NCBI GenBank assembly: GCA_002633005.1
Contig: NMRA01000093.1
Coordinates: 824,505-888,504 of the forward strand
Direction: 5' to 3'
Source of the DNA: Phoronis australis
Taxonomy: Eukaryota > Animalia > Phoronida
Length of the DNA: 64,000 nucleotides
Shown: positions 45,201 through 57,537 of the stretch, one piece after another
How the letters are laid out: each line of letters starts with the position of its first letter
Numbering within the stretch: the first letter of the stretch is position 1
Made by a program: the position numbers and the translations under genes
The notes under the pieces: generated by a model
What the model was told of the DNA's origin: nothing
The model's database searches: none
The model's input: the letters and a program-made list of their open reading frames with translations, nothing else

Positions 45201-48200
45201 AAAAACAGCAAGAAGGTACCTTTCTGGACAATTAAGTGAGGGGGCTAGAGAGAGGCCGAAAAGTCTACTCCTAGAAGATGTGTCAAAGAGAATTTGTAAC
45301 TTGAGGAACAAGTCGGGGAAAAGTATTTGCCAAAGATTACTGGCTTATACCAGAACAGGTCCAAAGTAGGAGATAGGCCACTGGAACAGTTGGATGTAGG
45401 AGAGGAAGTGGAGTATGCATTGGAAAGAGACAATCTGCGCTTTAAGATTGTAAAGGGTGTAGCATTGTAAAAATTCAAAAGGAGGAAACAGTACAGTGGC
45501 TGGACCTTTAAATACTCTGTCTTCTAAATCTAGTGGTGGCATTATTACATGTATGTCAGCACAGCCGTGTAGGGAAGTAGGCATGTGTATTGTTGCAAGC
45601 TTTGTTTGCACTAGAACTGTTGTGTGAACAGTACAAATCTAAATTTACCTGTATTGAATTTTTGTCCAGGCACCGGTCATGATCCTGGGTCAGTGGATTA
45701 AGTTGGTACAGCCCCAGGGTAATAGTACATTATTCTTTTTGTTTAGCCACTGGATTTTTTTGGTCTGACAGGATTTCTCAGTGTGGCCATCACATTTAGA
45801 CGTTTCCGGTTTCATGATTTCTGACCACTGTATTTTTTCTTTTCCTTGAAATTGTAAAATTGATCTGAAGTTATGTTTCCGCATTTTGTTTTCTTTTAGA
45901 TTTTTGTTTGTAAATGAGTATTTATTACTGACATTTGAGCCGCTGTTGCAGTTAGGCTGGTTTTGTTCACTTACCTTTTAGCCTGGGTTGTAAACCCATA
46001 TTCCGTCCAGGAGGTAGATTTTGGTTTAGACCATTTACTGTACCTCTACTAAGTTTTCTCAATTTGTTCCTTATTCAGATGGGTTGTGATTTCTGGAATT
46101 GTAGTGAATTGACAGTTTGCTTTTCCTAGTCAAGATCATGCTGTGTGCATAAAATCACACACTGTTAGACAAGCTATCTTATAGAGCCTGGTCTCTAGCA
46201 ATTGCATATTGCCAGTTCTTTCGGAATTCTGAAATTGCTCAAAAGTGACCAGGAACTAATTCCTATTTCATGATGGTAAGTTGTCTAAATCAAAAGTTTT
46301 TTATGTGATAGTAGGTGGGTATATGTCCACTTCAAATGATTTTTTGTTGCAGTATTGAAAAGTGTTGGCACATTAGCTCTGGTGAGTCCTTGGTTTTTGG
46401 TGAATTGACCATTTTATGGTTCTCATGAGTAGTTTTGTAACTGGTCTAGTATGTATGTACAACTGTAATTGCACGGCAATTGTAATGCACACCATGTTTG
46501 CAAAAGTATTTTTTCCACGACCATTTCATTGCAAAAATACTGTCTTACTGGAACCGACAAGCCAATTTTTCATTTTGTGATGGTTCTTTTTTGATAAGGA
46601 CCCCCAAGTTTGTGAAAAAGAAAAAATGTACAGTGTTGCCAGCGATAGTGCGAAATCCCTTTTTCGCAGTGAGACTACAACACCTTCAGTGTAATTCCCT
46701 GACTTTATGGGTTTTGTGTGGTTGACTCTGTCCTGTAGCAATTGGAGTGTTGAAAAGGTCTACCGTAGAGGGCATTTTTTAGTAAAATCATAACATTTGC
46801 ACTTTTGACTGTACAGTTAATCTTTGTATTGTATAGTAAAAACATATTTTGTAGAATGCAGGTCTCTGATTGGTGTTTTATGTCTTTTCAAAAGGAATAT
46901 TTTCAACCTAGATGGGTTGTTTGTGAGGCAGACAACTTTCGAATGAGATAAGGAATAAAATTGCCAAAGTTAACATGGTTTTACCTTTTAGATGCGTCAT
47001 TACTTTTGGAAAACCAGTGCAGAATTTGATGTTTACTCTTCATTTACAAGAGAAAAAACATAAACTTCATTGTCTAGAAATTTTACTCAAACTACGTATT
47101 ACAAGCTTGGGGATTGATATCTTAATACAACGGAATCTGAACCCGTATCATGAGCAACACAACAAAAGACATGAATATAAAAATTGGTGTTTAGGTTCCC
47201 CGGAATGGATTCATGTGCGCGATAAGAGCTACTGAGGAGCATGATAAGTTTTTGTGGATACTTTGGGATTCCCCTTCTGTAGTCATCCACGGGAAACCTG
47301 GTCGCATAGAACAGCATCGTCATTGTTCCCGTTGACGAGCATTTATCGTCGACGGTCTGATGTACGCCCATGGTTCTATACCCATGCGACCTGTGTTGTT
47401 ATATCCAACTATGACACAACAAAGGAAAACAGCGATACGACCGATGGGCGATATACATGCGACGAGTTGCCATGGACAGTGGGGGAGTTTGTCTTATCAT
47501 TCGAATGTTTTTAGATAACTTCAAACCCGTTAGTTCGTCAACAAAATTTCTGCGGCCTTTTTTAAAGTCGTATGAAAAATTGTGGTCATACCACTAAATG
47601 TGTCATTCATTTGATATTACAATGCATTGCATGAACATTTGATCAACAGAAAATCTGACTTGAAGAGGTGTGAAGAAATACCCATGAGGAAATTGCAAAG
47701 CATAACAATTGTAAATCAAAATAACCCACTTTTGTCGAGTTCATATCTATCCCTGTTGACTGAGGAGGACAAAATCGGCTTATTAAAAAATGGAGCAGTG
47801 TATGGTATCTAGGAGTACTATAGTTCTAGGTGGTAAGTGGTAAAACATTCAAAACATTCAGGAGGAACAAACTCGTTGCAAAATATCGAAAAACATTGAG
47901 CACAATCAGATTTTACGTGGTCACGGTCTCAGATATTTGAAAATTTCTCATTTTAGTACATTTGAGGTGCCAAAATGTTTATTAACTAATCAACTGGCTG
48001 AAAAAAGTTGTTATTTTATGCAATGAAAGTAACATGTTTTGTTAACATTTTGGCCAAATTTCATCCTCACAGCAATGGGTCAGATTTGGTATAGCAGTGG
48101 ATTGAACATAACCTCAAAATGGCATAACGGGGGGCAGTGTAGTAAAACTACTAAATGAGGGTGGTGAATGGGAATTTTTTTCCAGATATCTGTGCAACAA

Positions 48201-49118
48201 TCAACAGGCTCCACTTAACAATGCCAAGTGACTAATAGTTCAATAGCTTTCATTCAAGGAAAAATATACACAGTTCAAGTTGGACAGTTTATAGAGCGTG
48301 AAAACATGGCTACGAAGACGTAAAATGTGATGGGGGGATAATACTGTATTTTGGGGAAATATTTTACTATTGTTTATCGATCCCATAGCACTACCTGATT
48401 TGGTGAAAATCGCCTGACCCCCACCTTGCCGTTGGATGGCTAGTGCTCTGGTGGACAAGCACTTAATTTCACAATTAATTCAACATCAAAAAGTAAACTG
48501 ATATTCTCTAATGAAGCTCAAAGAATACCCACTGGGAGCGCTGCTTCTCGTGACGTATATGGTGGTAGCAAAGTCACTGTCCTGCGTTAGCGTACAGTCA
48601 AGTGACGTTCTTCATATTGTCGGAATAAGAGATTTAAGTGCGAAATGTCGGGTCACCAGGGATACCTGTTTGAGCCGAGGCAACACAAAGTGATACCCAG
48701 TCGTCGTCGTCGTCGGACGAAAACTTACCGGTGCAACCAATCCGTATCAATAATTTACACTGGTGTGATTTTGCCATGGGCAATGTGGATTCTAGCTAGC
48801 CAGTCAGCTGCCAGCCAATACCCAGCTCTGTAAACTTGTAGGGTAGTGGTTAGTTACCGACTATAGCTGCATGAAGAATATCGTACCACTGTGTGTTGAG
48901 CTCCGTTAGACCCCAAATTTCACACAGCCCGTTAGCTACCCGTTTATAGTTGACTTATGCCCGTCACCTCGTCGTAAAACTTTGGCTACATCAATATGTA
49001 AAGCTAACGCGGGACCGGCGGGGGTGCATACAAAATCTGGTAGTCAACCGACACTCACCTTGTTCGTTGCAGCCGTTTAAATGGAAAACAATTAAATAAA
49101 CGTCATTTTATAGCATAA

Positions 49119-49610
49119 TTCGCCGCCTTTTGTAACAAAGAAAAGTTTCAAAAGCAGCACGATCGTGACACGGCGCACGCGCTTTTTCCTAAAATTTTGC
49201 AACGTCTTTCAGGAGATGATGACAGCTTTGCAGCAGCAAGGTTAGTTCTACAATTCGGTTTGCTGGTATACAAATACTGAAAACTTGTAACGAAATGAAA
49301 CAAGTTCCGATAATTTGTTGTGACGTATACGCAACCTATGTGCCGGCAGCGAAGAACACATGACAAAAGGAATCGGGGGAAAAGAAACTGGCCAAGGTCA
49401 AGAGACGTTATGATCGCAAAAAGCCGACTCAGAAGAACGCATCACGATATTAGCAGCAGCCGATTAACGATCACTAAATTTTCCAACATCGGTTAATAAG
49501 TTAGTTTACTCTATGAACCTGGTTCCTATAGGTTTACTCAAGGGTGAGATTAGTTTTAATGACATAAATTTGGAGTCAGATTTTATTGGTCCTCTTTTTA
49601 CCCATATCGG
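49119..49610. repeat. Dispersed repeat family B (second copy about 53540-54006)
   Basis: Collinear blocks cgccttttgtaacaaag, cgtgacac, acgcaacct, aaaagccgac, ttagcagcag, aaattttccaac, gtcagatttt. Confidence 0.7.
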
Positions 49611-50775
49611 TGCAAATCTTCACGAGGCCTAAAAAGTACTCTAAATTGATTCAAAATTCCCCCTTGAAGTTCAAATCAATTCTAACCACATAGGTGACAA
49701 TTTGAAAAAGCACAAAATGCTACTTGAAACAGAGCCTATGAGAGCTTGCAACAGATGGTGAGGGATGTAGAATTTCCTCCTCACTCGGCAAAAAATCCCC
49801 CTCTCAGAATGCACAGGCAGCTTTCACCTCGGATGAACGAGGCCTCTGAATGTTATTTTTCAGGTTGTGCATTGGACGAACGAACTAGGTGTTTTGAATA
49901 TAAAATTCAACTTGTTCCAGACAGATATTTGAAACCTAGCATAGGAAATAGGTGTAAGAATTATTAAAACCAGGAAAGCAGAATTGATGGTCAAATAATT
50001 TTTAGCTTCAATTACCAGATTGTTTTTTACCTTAATAAAAATAATTTATGTAATATCAATCATTCTAACAGGTTAATGACAAATCAACTGTTAATCATTG
50101 TAGTCTTTACCTCACTACCAGGACCTAGGCTATGCTTGATGTTAATATTCTTGATCAACAAAATAAACCAGACGTGACTTGCACATGACAGCAAAATGCG
50201 ATTAGCCACCAATGTTAAATATATTTTCAACTCGTCAAAATACGAGCAGATGACCTGGTTGGCGTTGAAAACATTTTATCAAAAATTTACAAGAAGAAAC
50301 GTAACCCCGCAACACATACCTATTCCGTAATACGATCGCTGCAATTTGGTCATATTTACTTTTCATATTTCGAGCCTAGTTTTCCGAAGTAAATTATAAA
50401 CATTCGCCAGACAACTCAGGTGCATTGACTTGTTCTCTTCTGTATTTTTCTGGTTAATTATGGACACATTTTTAAGATTTGATATTCAGTTTGGACACGG
50501 AAGACCAGTCGTTAACTTACGCAATGTAAACTTCGGCTATGTTTATCGCAGTGAGCCTCGCTTTGGATTTTAACGTCTGCTCCTTGAATTAGAAGTATAA
50601 AGGAGGACAAAACAGGCGTGACTAGTGATGTTCTCGTTATTACTGTCGTTACTTTCTAAATACTGGGTTTCTAGCTCTGTGACTTGATTATGTCGATGAG
50701 TCCCTCTTCAAATGTACAATACAAGTATAGTACTGGAAATTGTCCCGACTTTTCCTCTGAAAGAGTGTGGGGATG

Positions 50776-51890
50776 TTTTTTTTTTTTAGTTCGTATTTTA
50801 TTTACGAAAAGTAAACAATTACATCAATGAAACAGCGATTACACAACACCCACACACATTTAAGCTTCAGAAACAAGATTTAACTTATTCTATTAATTTA
50901 AATAATTATTTAGGGTTTACCAAAAGGCTGTATTACAAGGCTTCATAGGTATCAAAAAGAGACTGTCCATTTTCATGGCAATATTGTTACGAAGGTAATA
51001 TTCAAATTAATGCTATGTAGGTGGGTGTACTTTTGTACCTGAAGCACACAGGTAAATAAAATATTGACACATGATTAATATACTATTAGCCTCCGTGAGA
51101 TTTTGTTGTCGCACTTGTTTAGAAGATGCGATGTAGTGACATCATTCGCAGAAAAGGGAGTCCAGCCTGGCAGACATACGACGTGTAGCCGGAAACTGCC
51201 GAAGTGTTATGGAAGCTGCTTCTTTAGAGATGTTAAGTCGAAACCCATAACATAAAGCCATTGTAGAAGCCTGTGTATGACCAATGTAGTATTGCTAATA
51301 AGTTGTTTGTGTTGTATAGATGGAAATTTTTTGCCAGGCAGTCGAATGTATACCTACCGTGAAATTTTGTTAACTTTGTTCAACTCATCAAGCATATCAG
51401 ACAGGATGCATATGGACTTAGACACTGGTACGCTGACGCTATTGGGTATAGAAGCAATCAGGAGATAGTTAACGCACTATCTCTTCAAAAGTGTTCCCCG
51501 TTGCGAGGAGTTTTCAACAGTTCGACCTATACAGCAGGTCCAGGTGTTTGAAGTATTCGATAAAACAGTTTAGTGCAAGCAGAACGCAATCTGAATAAGT
51601 ATGCAGGACGAAGGGCAATGTATTCTTTATTAATCTCTTCCGTGAGTTGATTCTCTGAAAAAAATCAAGAATAATGATTTTTAAATTAAGAATTTGGCAT
51701 ACTAGTAGGCTTTCTATTGTTAGAAACGGACTCCCAGTTAACAGGGCTGTAGGGGACGGAATAAACACGTACATAATTGATTTTATACCAAGTGAAAGGA
51801 CATCCCAAAATGAGAGGTCATGATGCTGATGGCGGCCATGTTGAAACGTGGCCATAATTTTGAATTCCACTCGGCTCGTACTCATTCCAA
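50776..51890 (-). mobile_element. Decayed L1/Tx1-like LINE 3' fragment
   Basis: Minus strand ends with AATAAA then poly(A) (T run 50776-50787); broken ORF remnants SFWDVL and NSILIMCQYFIYLC resemble Tx1/L1 ORF2 C-termini. Confidence 0.45.
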
Positions 51891-52079
51891 AATTAACAAC
51901 TAAATTGCATGGTTGTACAGCGGTTTAAACGTTTTTCTGTTATATTCCCGACAATATTGTACGTAGCAGTGTCGTAATCGCTATCCCGCTCTGTTGCGTA
52001 GGAGCATTGCACCCAGACCTTTATACGGCATTGACAATGAGCTCATTCTCGACTGAAAACATCGTTTTTATCCCCATAG

Positions 52080-52237
52080 ATGGCATGGCAGAAGACGCAC
52101 AAAGTTGGATGTGGTTATAAGATTTGCGAAAAAGCTTATGGAGGCTACGATAGCGTCAGTAAAACATTCAGCAGAGTAATTGACAACCAGTTCTTCTTCG
52201 TGTGTAATTACTACCCCTCTTTTGGTGATCCCCACAG
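52080..52237 (+). CDS. CAP/SCP domain protein, next exon
   Basis: ccatag|MAWQKTHKVGCGYKIC...FFFVCNYYPSFGDPH|gtaggt; joins in phase 0 to give GHYLQMAW..T.KVGCG plus the VCNY.P signature. Confidence 0.85.
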
Positions 52238-54985
52238 GTAGGTTTCATTTTACGTAGCCTTTGTCACGTTATCGAGACAGACGGTCGTAATAAGCGGTTG
52301 CAGTGAACCGCACGACCGCAATGACGAAGAATGGCAGAAATTCAGAGGAGAATGGCATGTGGTTTGAGGATCCATTACTTTAACATATTGTTGAAGCTTT
52401 AGTTGGTGACAGTTTTTCAAATTTTGCTAGCAGATATCAAAACGTTCATGTGGAGAATTTCTCGCTTACAATGGTGACCGCTCTGATTCCCTAATCCCCA
52501 GACAACTTTTAGTCTTTGTGTGTTACAGCGAACATTTCACCCTTACGTTTTTGCTTAGACCCAGATGTCCCGCTTTTCATCATGAAGTGCCGCTTTTCAA
52601 TCCAGTCGTTCAGTTTTTTCGTTCTAGAATTTCGACCGTGAGAACTGGGCAACAAATGCGCAAAATAGTATTGTTTCTTTTGATGAATATGTTATTGCCC
52701 AGGTTCCACATTCTTTAGTAACACAAACTACATGTATCAGGATCACTAACTTGTGCTTTTCGAAGAAAAATGTTTATTTCTAAACTTTTGTGAAATGTGC
52801 TGCACTGCAACCAATGTGATGAGGTGTCCACACGGCTTCTTTCAAAGCTACATAGTGGATGTTTGTCCATGTTTATCTTTCAGAAAACCTGCAAATTTTT
52901 AACAAATACTAGGAGTAGATTATTGCATTTTCATAAATGTCACTGCATTCTGAATTTTTACTGAAAACCTGTATCATCAAGCGGCACCAAATGTCCAATC
53001 AGTTCAAACGTATGAAGGTGTTTATACCACATCATCAGCCTGGCATTTCCAATGCAACCGTTAATTAAATAACCCATTTACAGTAGCTATTCATTGCGCG
53101 CTGAATAACATTTTGGCTTGAGTACCCGCTTCGCAAAACTTTCGAGTCGTTGAGTTAAAGGCCTAGAAGCACACGTTTTTTACCCTTATTCAATGGTTAG
53201 AAGACATTCTAAGGAGCCATGCAATACTTATCCCATAAACAATACACAATCCGTAGTCGAAGAAAGTTTAAAGAAACGCGTCACTCACTGAGCCCAATGA
53301 GCTATACCAGGTATAGCTCATTGCTGAGCCGAAGATCACACCATCGTATTGAACAAACCGCGAAACCGGAAGTACAATTCATTCAGGAACCCAGGCAAGT
53401 ATACGCCGGGTGTGCCACTGGAGCAGCGTCTGTTACCAGCCTGCAAACGGGGATAAAATAATCGACAGCGGACCTAAACTTTACTAAACCCAAAATAGGG
53501 ACAATTTGCACTGAAAAACAATCTAATATACGGCATTTACTCCGCCTTTTGTAACAAAGAGAAGTCTTGCGTTGTTTTGTAACCTGCAAGCTCGTGACAC
53601 GCGCACGCTTTCAATGAACTAAATATAGCTCATTCCGCGCGCCATTTCCTAAAAATGTTCTGCCTCTCTCGGGAGATGAAGACATTTTTGCAGCACCAAA
53701 GGTTTTAATTGGTGGCACCAAAATACTAAAAACGTGTCACTATATGAAACTAGTTGCGATATTTTTTGTGAAATGTACGCAACCTCGTGTAAGAGAAGAA
53801 ATAATGGGGGAGCAGAAATTGGCCAATAGGTGACTGCGTCAAAAGCCGACCCAAAGGGGCGCACTACAATTTTAGCAGCAGATGAACGGTAGAACGCCAA
53901 ATTTTCCAACCCCGGTAAAGAAATTAGCTTACTTAAGGAAGAGCGGTATACCTTTTTTGACACTAATTTTGTGTCAGATTTTATTTGATCACTTTTACCC
54001 AAATCAGGACAAAGACTAAGACAGACCTTTCTTATAAGGAATTTTGTCGCCAGTCTTTGTCCTTATTCTGTTTACGGCACATGACGGATCGGCGAGGAAG
54101 TTGCACAAATGTATGCGATTAGCGCTTATTTGGTGCACCCGTACACCACGCAACGTGGCGTTTTAGCCCAGAGACTAATAACTAGCCTACGTCCAAGAAA
54201 TTACACTCATATGTTGCGAAGTGAGGCTTAGGGGAAATTTCGTTGGAAGATGATGTCATATGTAGCACTTTACGCTGATTGGTTGCGAATTTCTCTGGGG
54301 CGTTCGAAGGGGCTACAAATTATGGGCGGAGTAATTTATGTCGCATTTTTGAAATACTTTCTGTGGTATGCAAGAAACAAATCATTTATTAAAAATAATT
54401 GTATTCCTGGTGTCAAAATGGTATTTAGACGCTGGAGGCTAATTTGAATTTAGGACACGCAATAATTGCATGTTCATCAAACGGAATTGTACCGACATTT
54501 ATACGCTGTGAAAAATAGCACTCACAATTTCAATAAAAACGGCATATATTTTTTAAATCTGTAACATTTATCTGAAATTTTTCTCAGTTGTAAATCGTCG
54601 ATGTCCAGTTTAAATGTGGCTAACATGTCGGGATCCTTTCACTTAGATATTATACACAGTAACCAGAGTGGTAACCTAATTTAGCATACGATAGTTTTAG
54701 CGGAAGCTTAGCACTATAACATTGTGTAGTAAGCTAGACTAGTTGCTTAAAACATGTTTCTTAGATTCACTTTATTTTCATTTTTATTTTTATTTTGTTT
54801 AAATTCTCAATTGGTTTTGAGTAAAAGCATCATTTTTAAAAAGAATAACTCTTCGTTTTTTAAAAGGTCACGACCTCCGACCCCGGGCTTCTGACATAGA
54901 AAGTAGTTACAAAGCCGAGGAGTGTCGAGAACGGAAGATCGATTCAATGGTTATCGTTGAATATGTGATATAAATAGATCATCGT

Positions 54986-55084
54986 ATGTTTTCAGTCGTT
55001 TTCCCTCTTACCTAGAGCTCTTGTGGATTTTGTAGAATTAACGACCTCGGGCTCTAAGTTACGGAGGATGACGACTGAAAACAT
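54986..55084. repeat. Short inverted-repeat (hairpin) element
   Basis: atgttttcagtcgt...tagagc / gctcta...acgactgaaaacat. Confidence 0.65.
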
Positions 55085-55899
55085 GTAATAACCTATTCAT
55101 AACTCTGTATAAATACATGTACCTGACTAAATTATCTGCGGCAAATGCGTGAAACCCATTTATCTAAAGGCTTGTGTTTAAAGGTTAGACATTTTTAAAT
55201 CATTGAAATTATGTCCTTATTTAACAGCTTAGCTGAGAAATAAAAATTACTACCGGTCAACCTCAGCGTCTATGTATTTACTATAATTTATTAATAATTG
55301 ATCTTCTGGTTCTGGTATGATCATGGGGGGACTGAAAACGTGCTTTCTAATGAAAGGGCTCTTATGCAATTCGCTTGAAAATGGCGGAGTTTCAAAAATT
55401 TTTAATGACAGTAAATTTCATAGCAAATACACACGCGGAAACAAAGGAATGTAAATAACTCTCACGCATGCGTGGCGCAACCTCAGCGGTCCCGAGATCG
55501 GAGTTAGCATTCTAGGGCTAGAATTCTATGCAAAAATTGACTTCACTAAGCTGTTAAGATTACCCCCATGAAAAATACTTAAGTTACCTAGTGAACATGA
55601 TACAATTAATCCCTGAAACTTGCTTCACATTTAATGATTCGTTTCTTAATCATGATCCAAAAATGGTATTCGTTGTGTTTATAGTTAACCAACGTTGGTA
55701 GCTATTTAATGATACAATTTTTCTGACTGTAATACTATTCGCTTTTCTCATGAAAATTGTGGACGTTGTAAAATTTCGTAATCTGTTAATTTCATAATTT
55801 TTGAAGTATGGGCTTCGGCATGGCCCTTTGAATGATTTTTATTATTATGAAAATTATGATGGCAAATTAACGTATTCAGCAATGTTATTTTCATTCCAG

Positions 55900-55934
55900 T
55901 TACAATCGTGAGGGCTCCCGACCATATGGCCCAG
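55900..55934 (+). CDS. Candidate short CAP-gene exon
   Basis: ttccag|t YNREGSRPYGP g|gtttgt; phase 2 fits the previous exon and supplies the G..PY motif that usually follows the CAP domain. Confidence 0.45.
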
Positions 55935-56234
55935 GTTTGTATAATTATGTAGCGGTGATAGAAATTTCATCTAGATCATTACCTTGGTAATAACGTACTC
56001 TTCGCTTGATAGTGAGCCATGTGCACAACTTCTAGAACATATTCTGCTCTTTACGGATTTGAAAAGGTCTTGTTTCCTAATCTAAGGGACAACAGAAAAC
56101 AATCCACATGCCCCGACAAAATGATTTCTTCTTCTGAATCACAGACCGTAAGTATACACTAACAATAAATCAATAGAAGAAGGCCGCACATATGTTATTA
56201 GTGGCACGCATTATTGAGGCAATTAAGGGATTAA

Positions 56235-57363
56235 AGAGTTCCCACCATGCATTTTCTTACTTTTTCAGGTTTCAGTTAGCTAATATGAATCGTATACCAT
56301 AAAATCTTGCTAAATAGGCACTTTTTATGCCAAATAGTGGCTTGTTAATTTTGAAGAAAAATTACTTATTTCTAAGTTTCCCGCCAAATGATGCAATGGG
56401 TGGAAGACGGTTGGCCGCTTGACAATCATTTGCAATATCGGAACACTGCAGGTCAGAAGACAATTACAATATTAGGCGAGAATTGGCCAATTATTATGCA
56501 GACAGAGAGGAGAGTGGATATGGGCACTTATACTCAAGTACTTGAAGAATCAGACAATGAATTCGATTTCCCATTTAGCGAACTTTCGTCGGGTTTCAGG
56601 CCGTATGAACTCGACCCACTTGCACGAGAAATGACATATGTGAGCCACAACCAACTCTACCAAGTGGTGCACTACTCACAAAATAGACACTTAATAATTA
56701 CTGACAAAGGCCACAGGCAACCTGGGTTACTCGTATTCACTATTGCCGTGATGGAATGAGCACCATCTAAACACAATATGCATAAGCCTACTTGTAGTAG
56801 CACTCGATCTCGGCCGGNNNNNNNNNNNNNNNNNNNNNNNNNNNNNNNNNNNNNNNNNNNNNNNNNNNNNNNNNNNNNNNNNNNNNNNNNNNNNNNNNNN
56901 NNNNNNNNNNNNNNNNNNNNNNNNNNNNNNNNNNNNNNNNNNCCCTCCTGTGTTGCACCGCCTATAGAAAGTGGGGGCTATAGCCCTACTCTAGGCCCCT
57001 ATGGTGCGCCGCCCATGACAAACCGATGCCATTTTTGTGCAACTTTCACGTATTTAGGAAATTTGAACACTAAGACGTTCACAGTCAAGTTGTTGTTGCC
57101 ACAGTTTCCACAAACGCACCTTTTCATGTCTGAAAAAGACGGCTCCACGCGGACTTTCTTCACAACTCCTCAGTTTCGCACTGGTTGAAACAACAACGGC
57201 TGAGGCGGTCTTCCACCCATTGCGTACAAACTCGATAACAGAAAAATATATTTTTAAGATTTTTAGATTGTTTCGTAGCAACAGGTGTACTAAAGGCTAT
57301 TAAATCTGTTAAGATGTAATAATAAAATTCCTTTTTGAGACACAGGGTCATGGTGGGAACTCT
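56235..57363. mobile_element. Non-autonomous TTAA-targeting DNA transposon, Kolobok-like
   Basis: TTAA-AGAGTTCCCACCATG ... CATGGTGGGAACTCT-TTAA: perfect 15-bp TIR with purine-purine start; spans an N gap. Confidence 0.7.
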
Positions 57364-57537
57364 TTAAATTGTGGTAACATGGAATTTATCGTTAAGTCCA
57401 AGGTTGTGTATCTAGTTCAGCATTTAGGTTTGTATCCGTTGATTTAAAGTATTTTATTGAAAGAGTTTGTCTCTCACTCCTTACTGGAAAAAAATCCTTA
57501 CTGTGTCAATTGGAACTTTGCCTTACGCTAGTGAGCT

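Noticed and set aside
47099-47514. GC-richer block with overlapping short ORFs
   Set aside because: No recognisable motif, splice frame or element boundary.
49746-49967. tttcag|GCALDERTRC.. as the CAP VGCA exon
   Set aside because: Wrong phase and lacks the W..T..VGC and CNY motifs; 52080-52237 fits far better.
56452-56639. Part of the 123-aa ORF as a further CAP-gene exon (phase fits after 55934)
   Set aside because: Weak pyrimidine tract and it lies inside a TTAA-flanked TIR element; not fully excluded.
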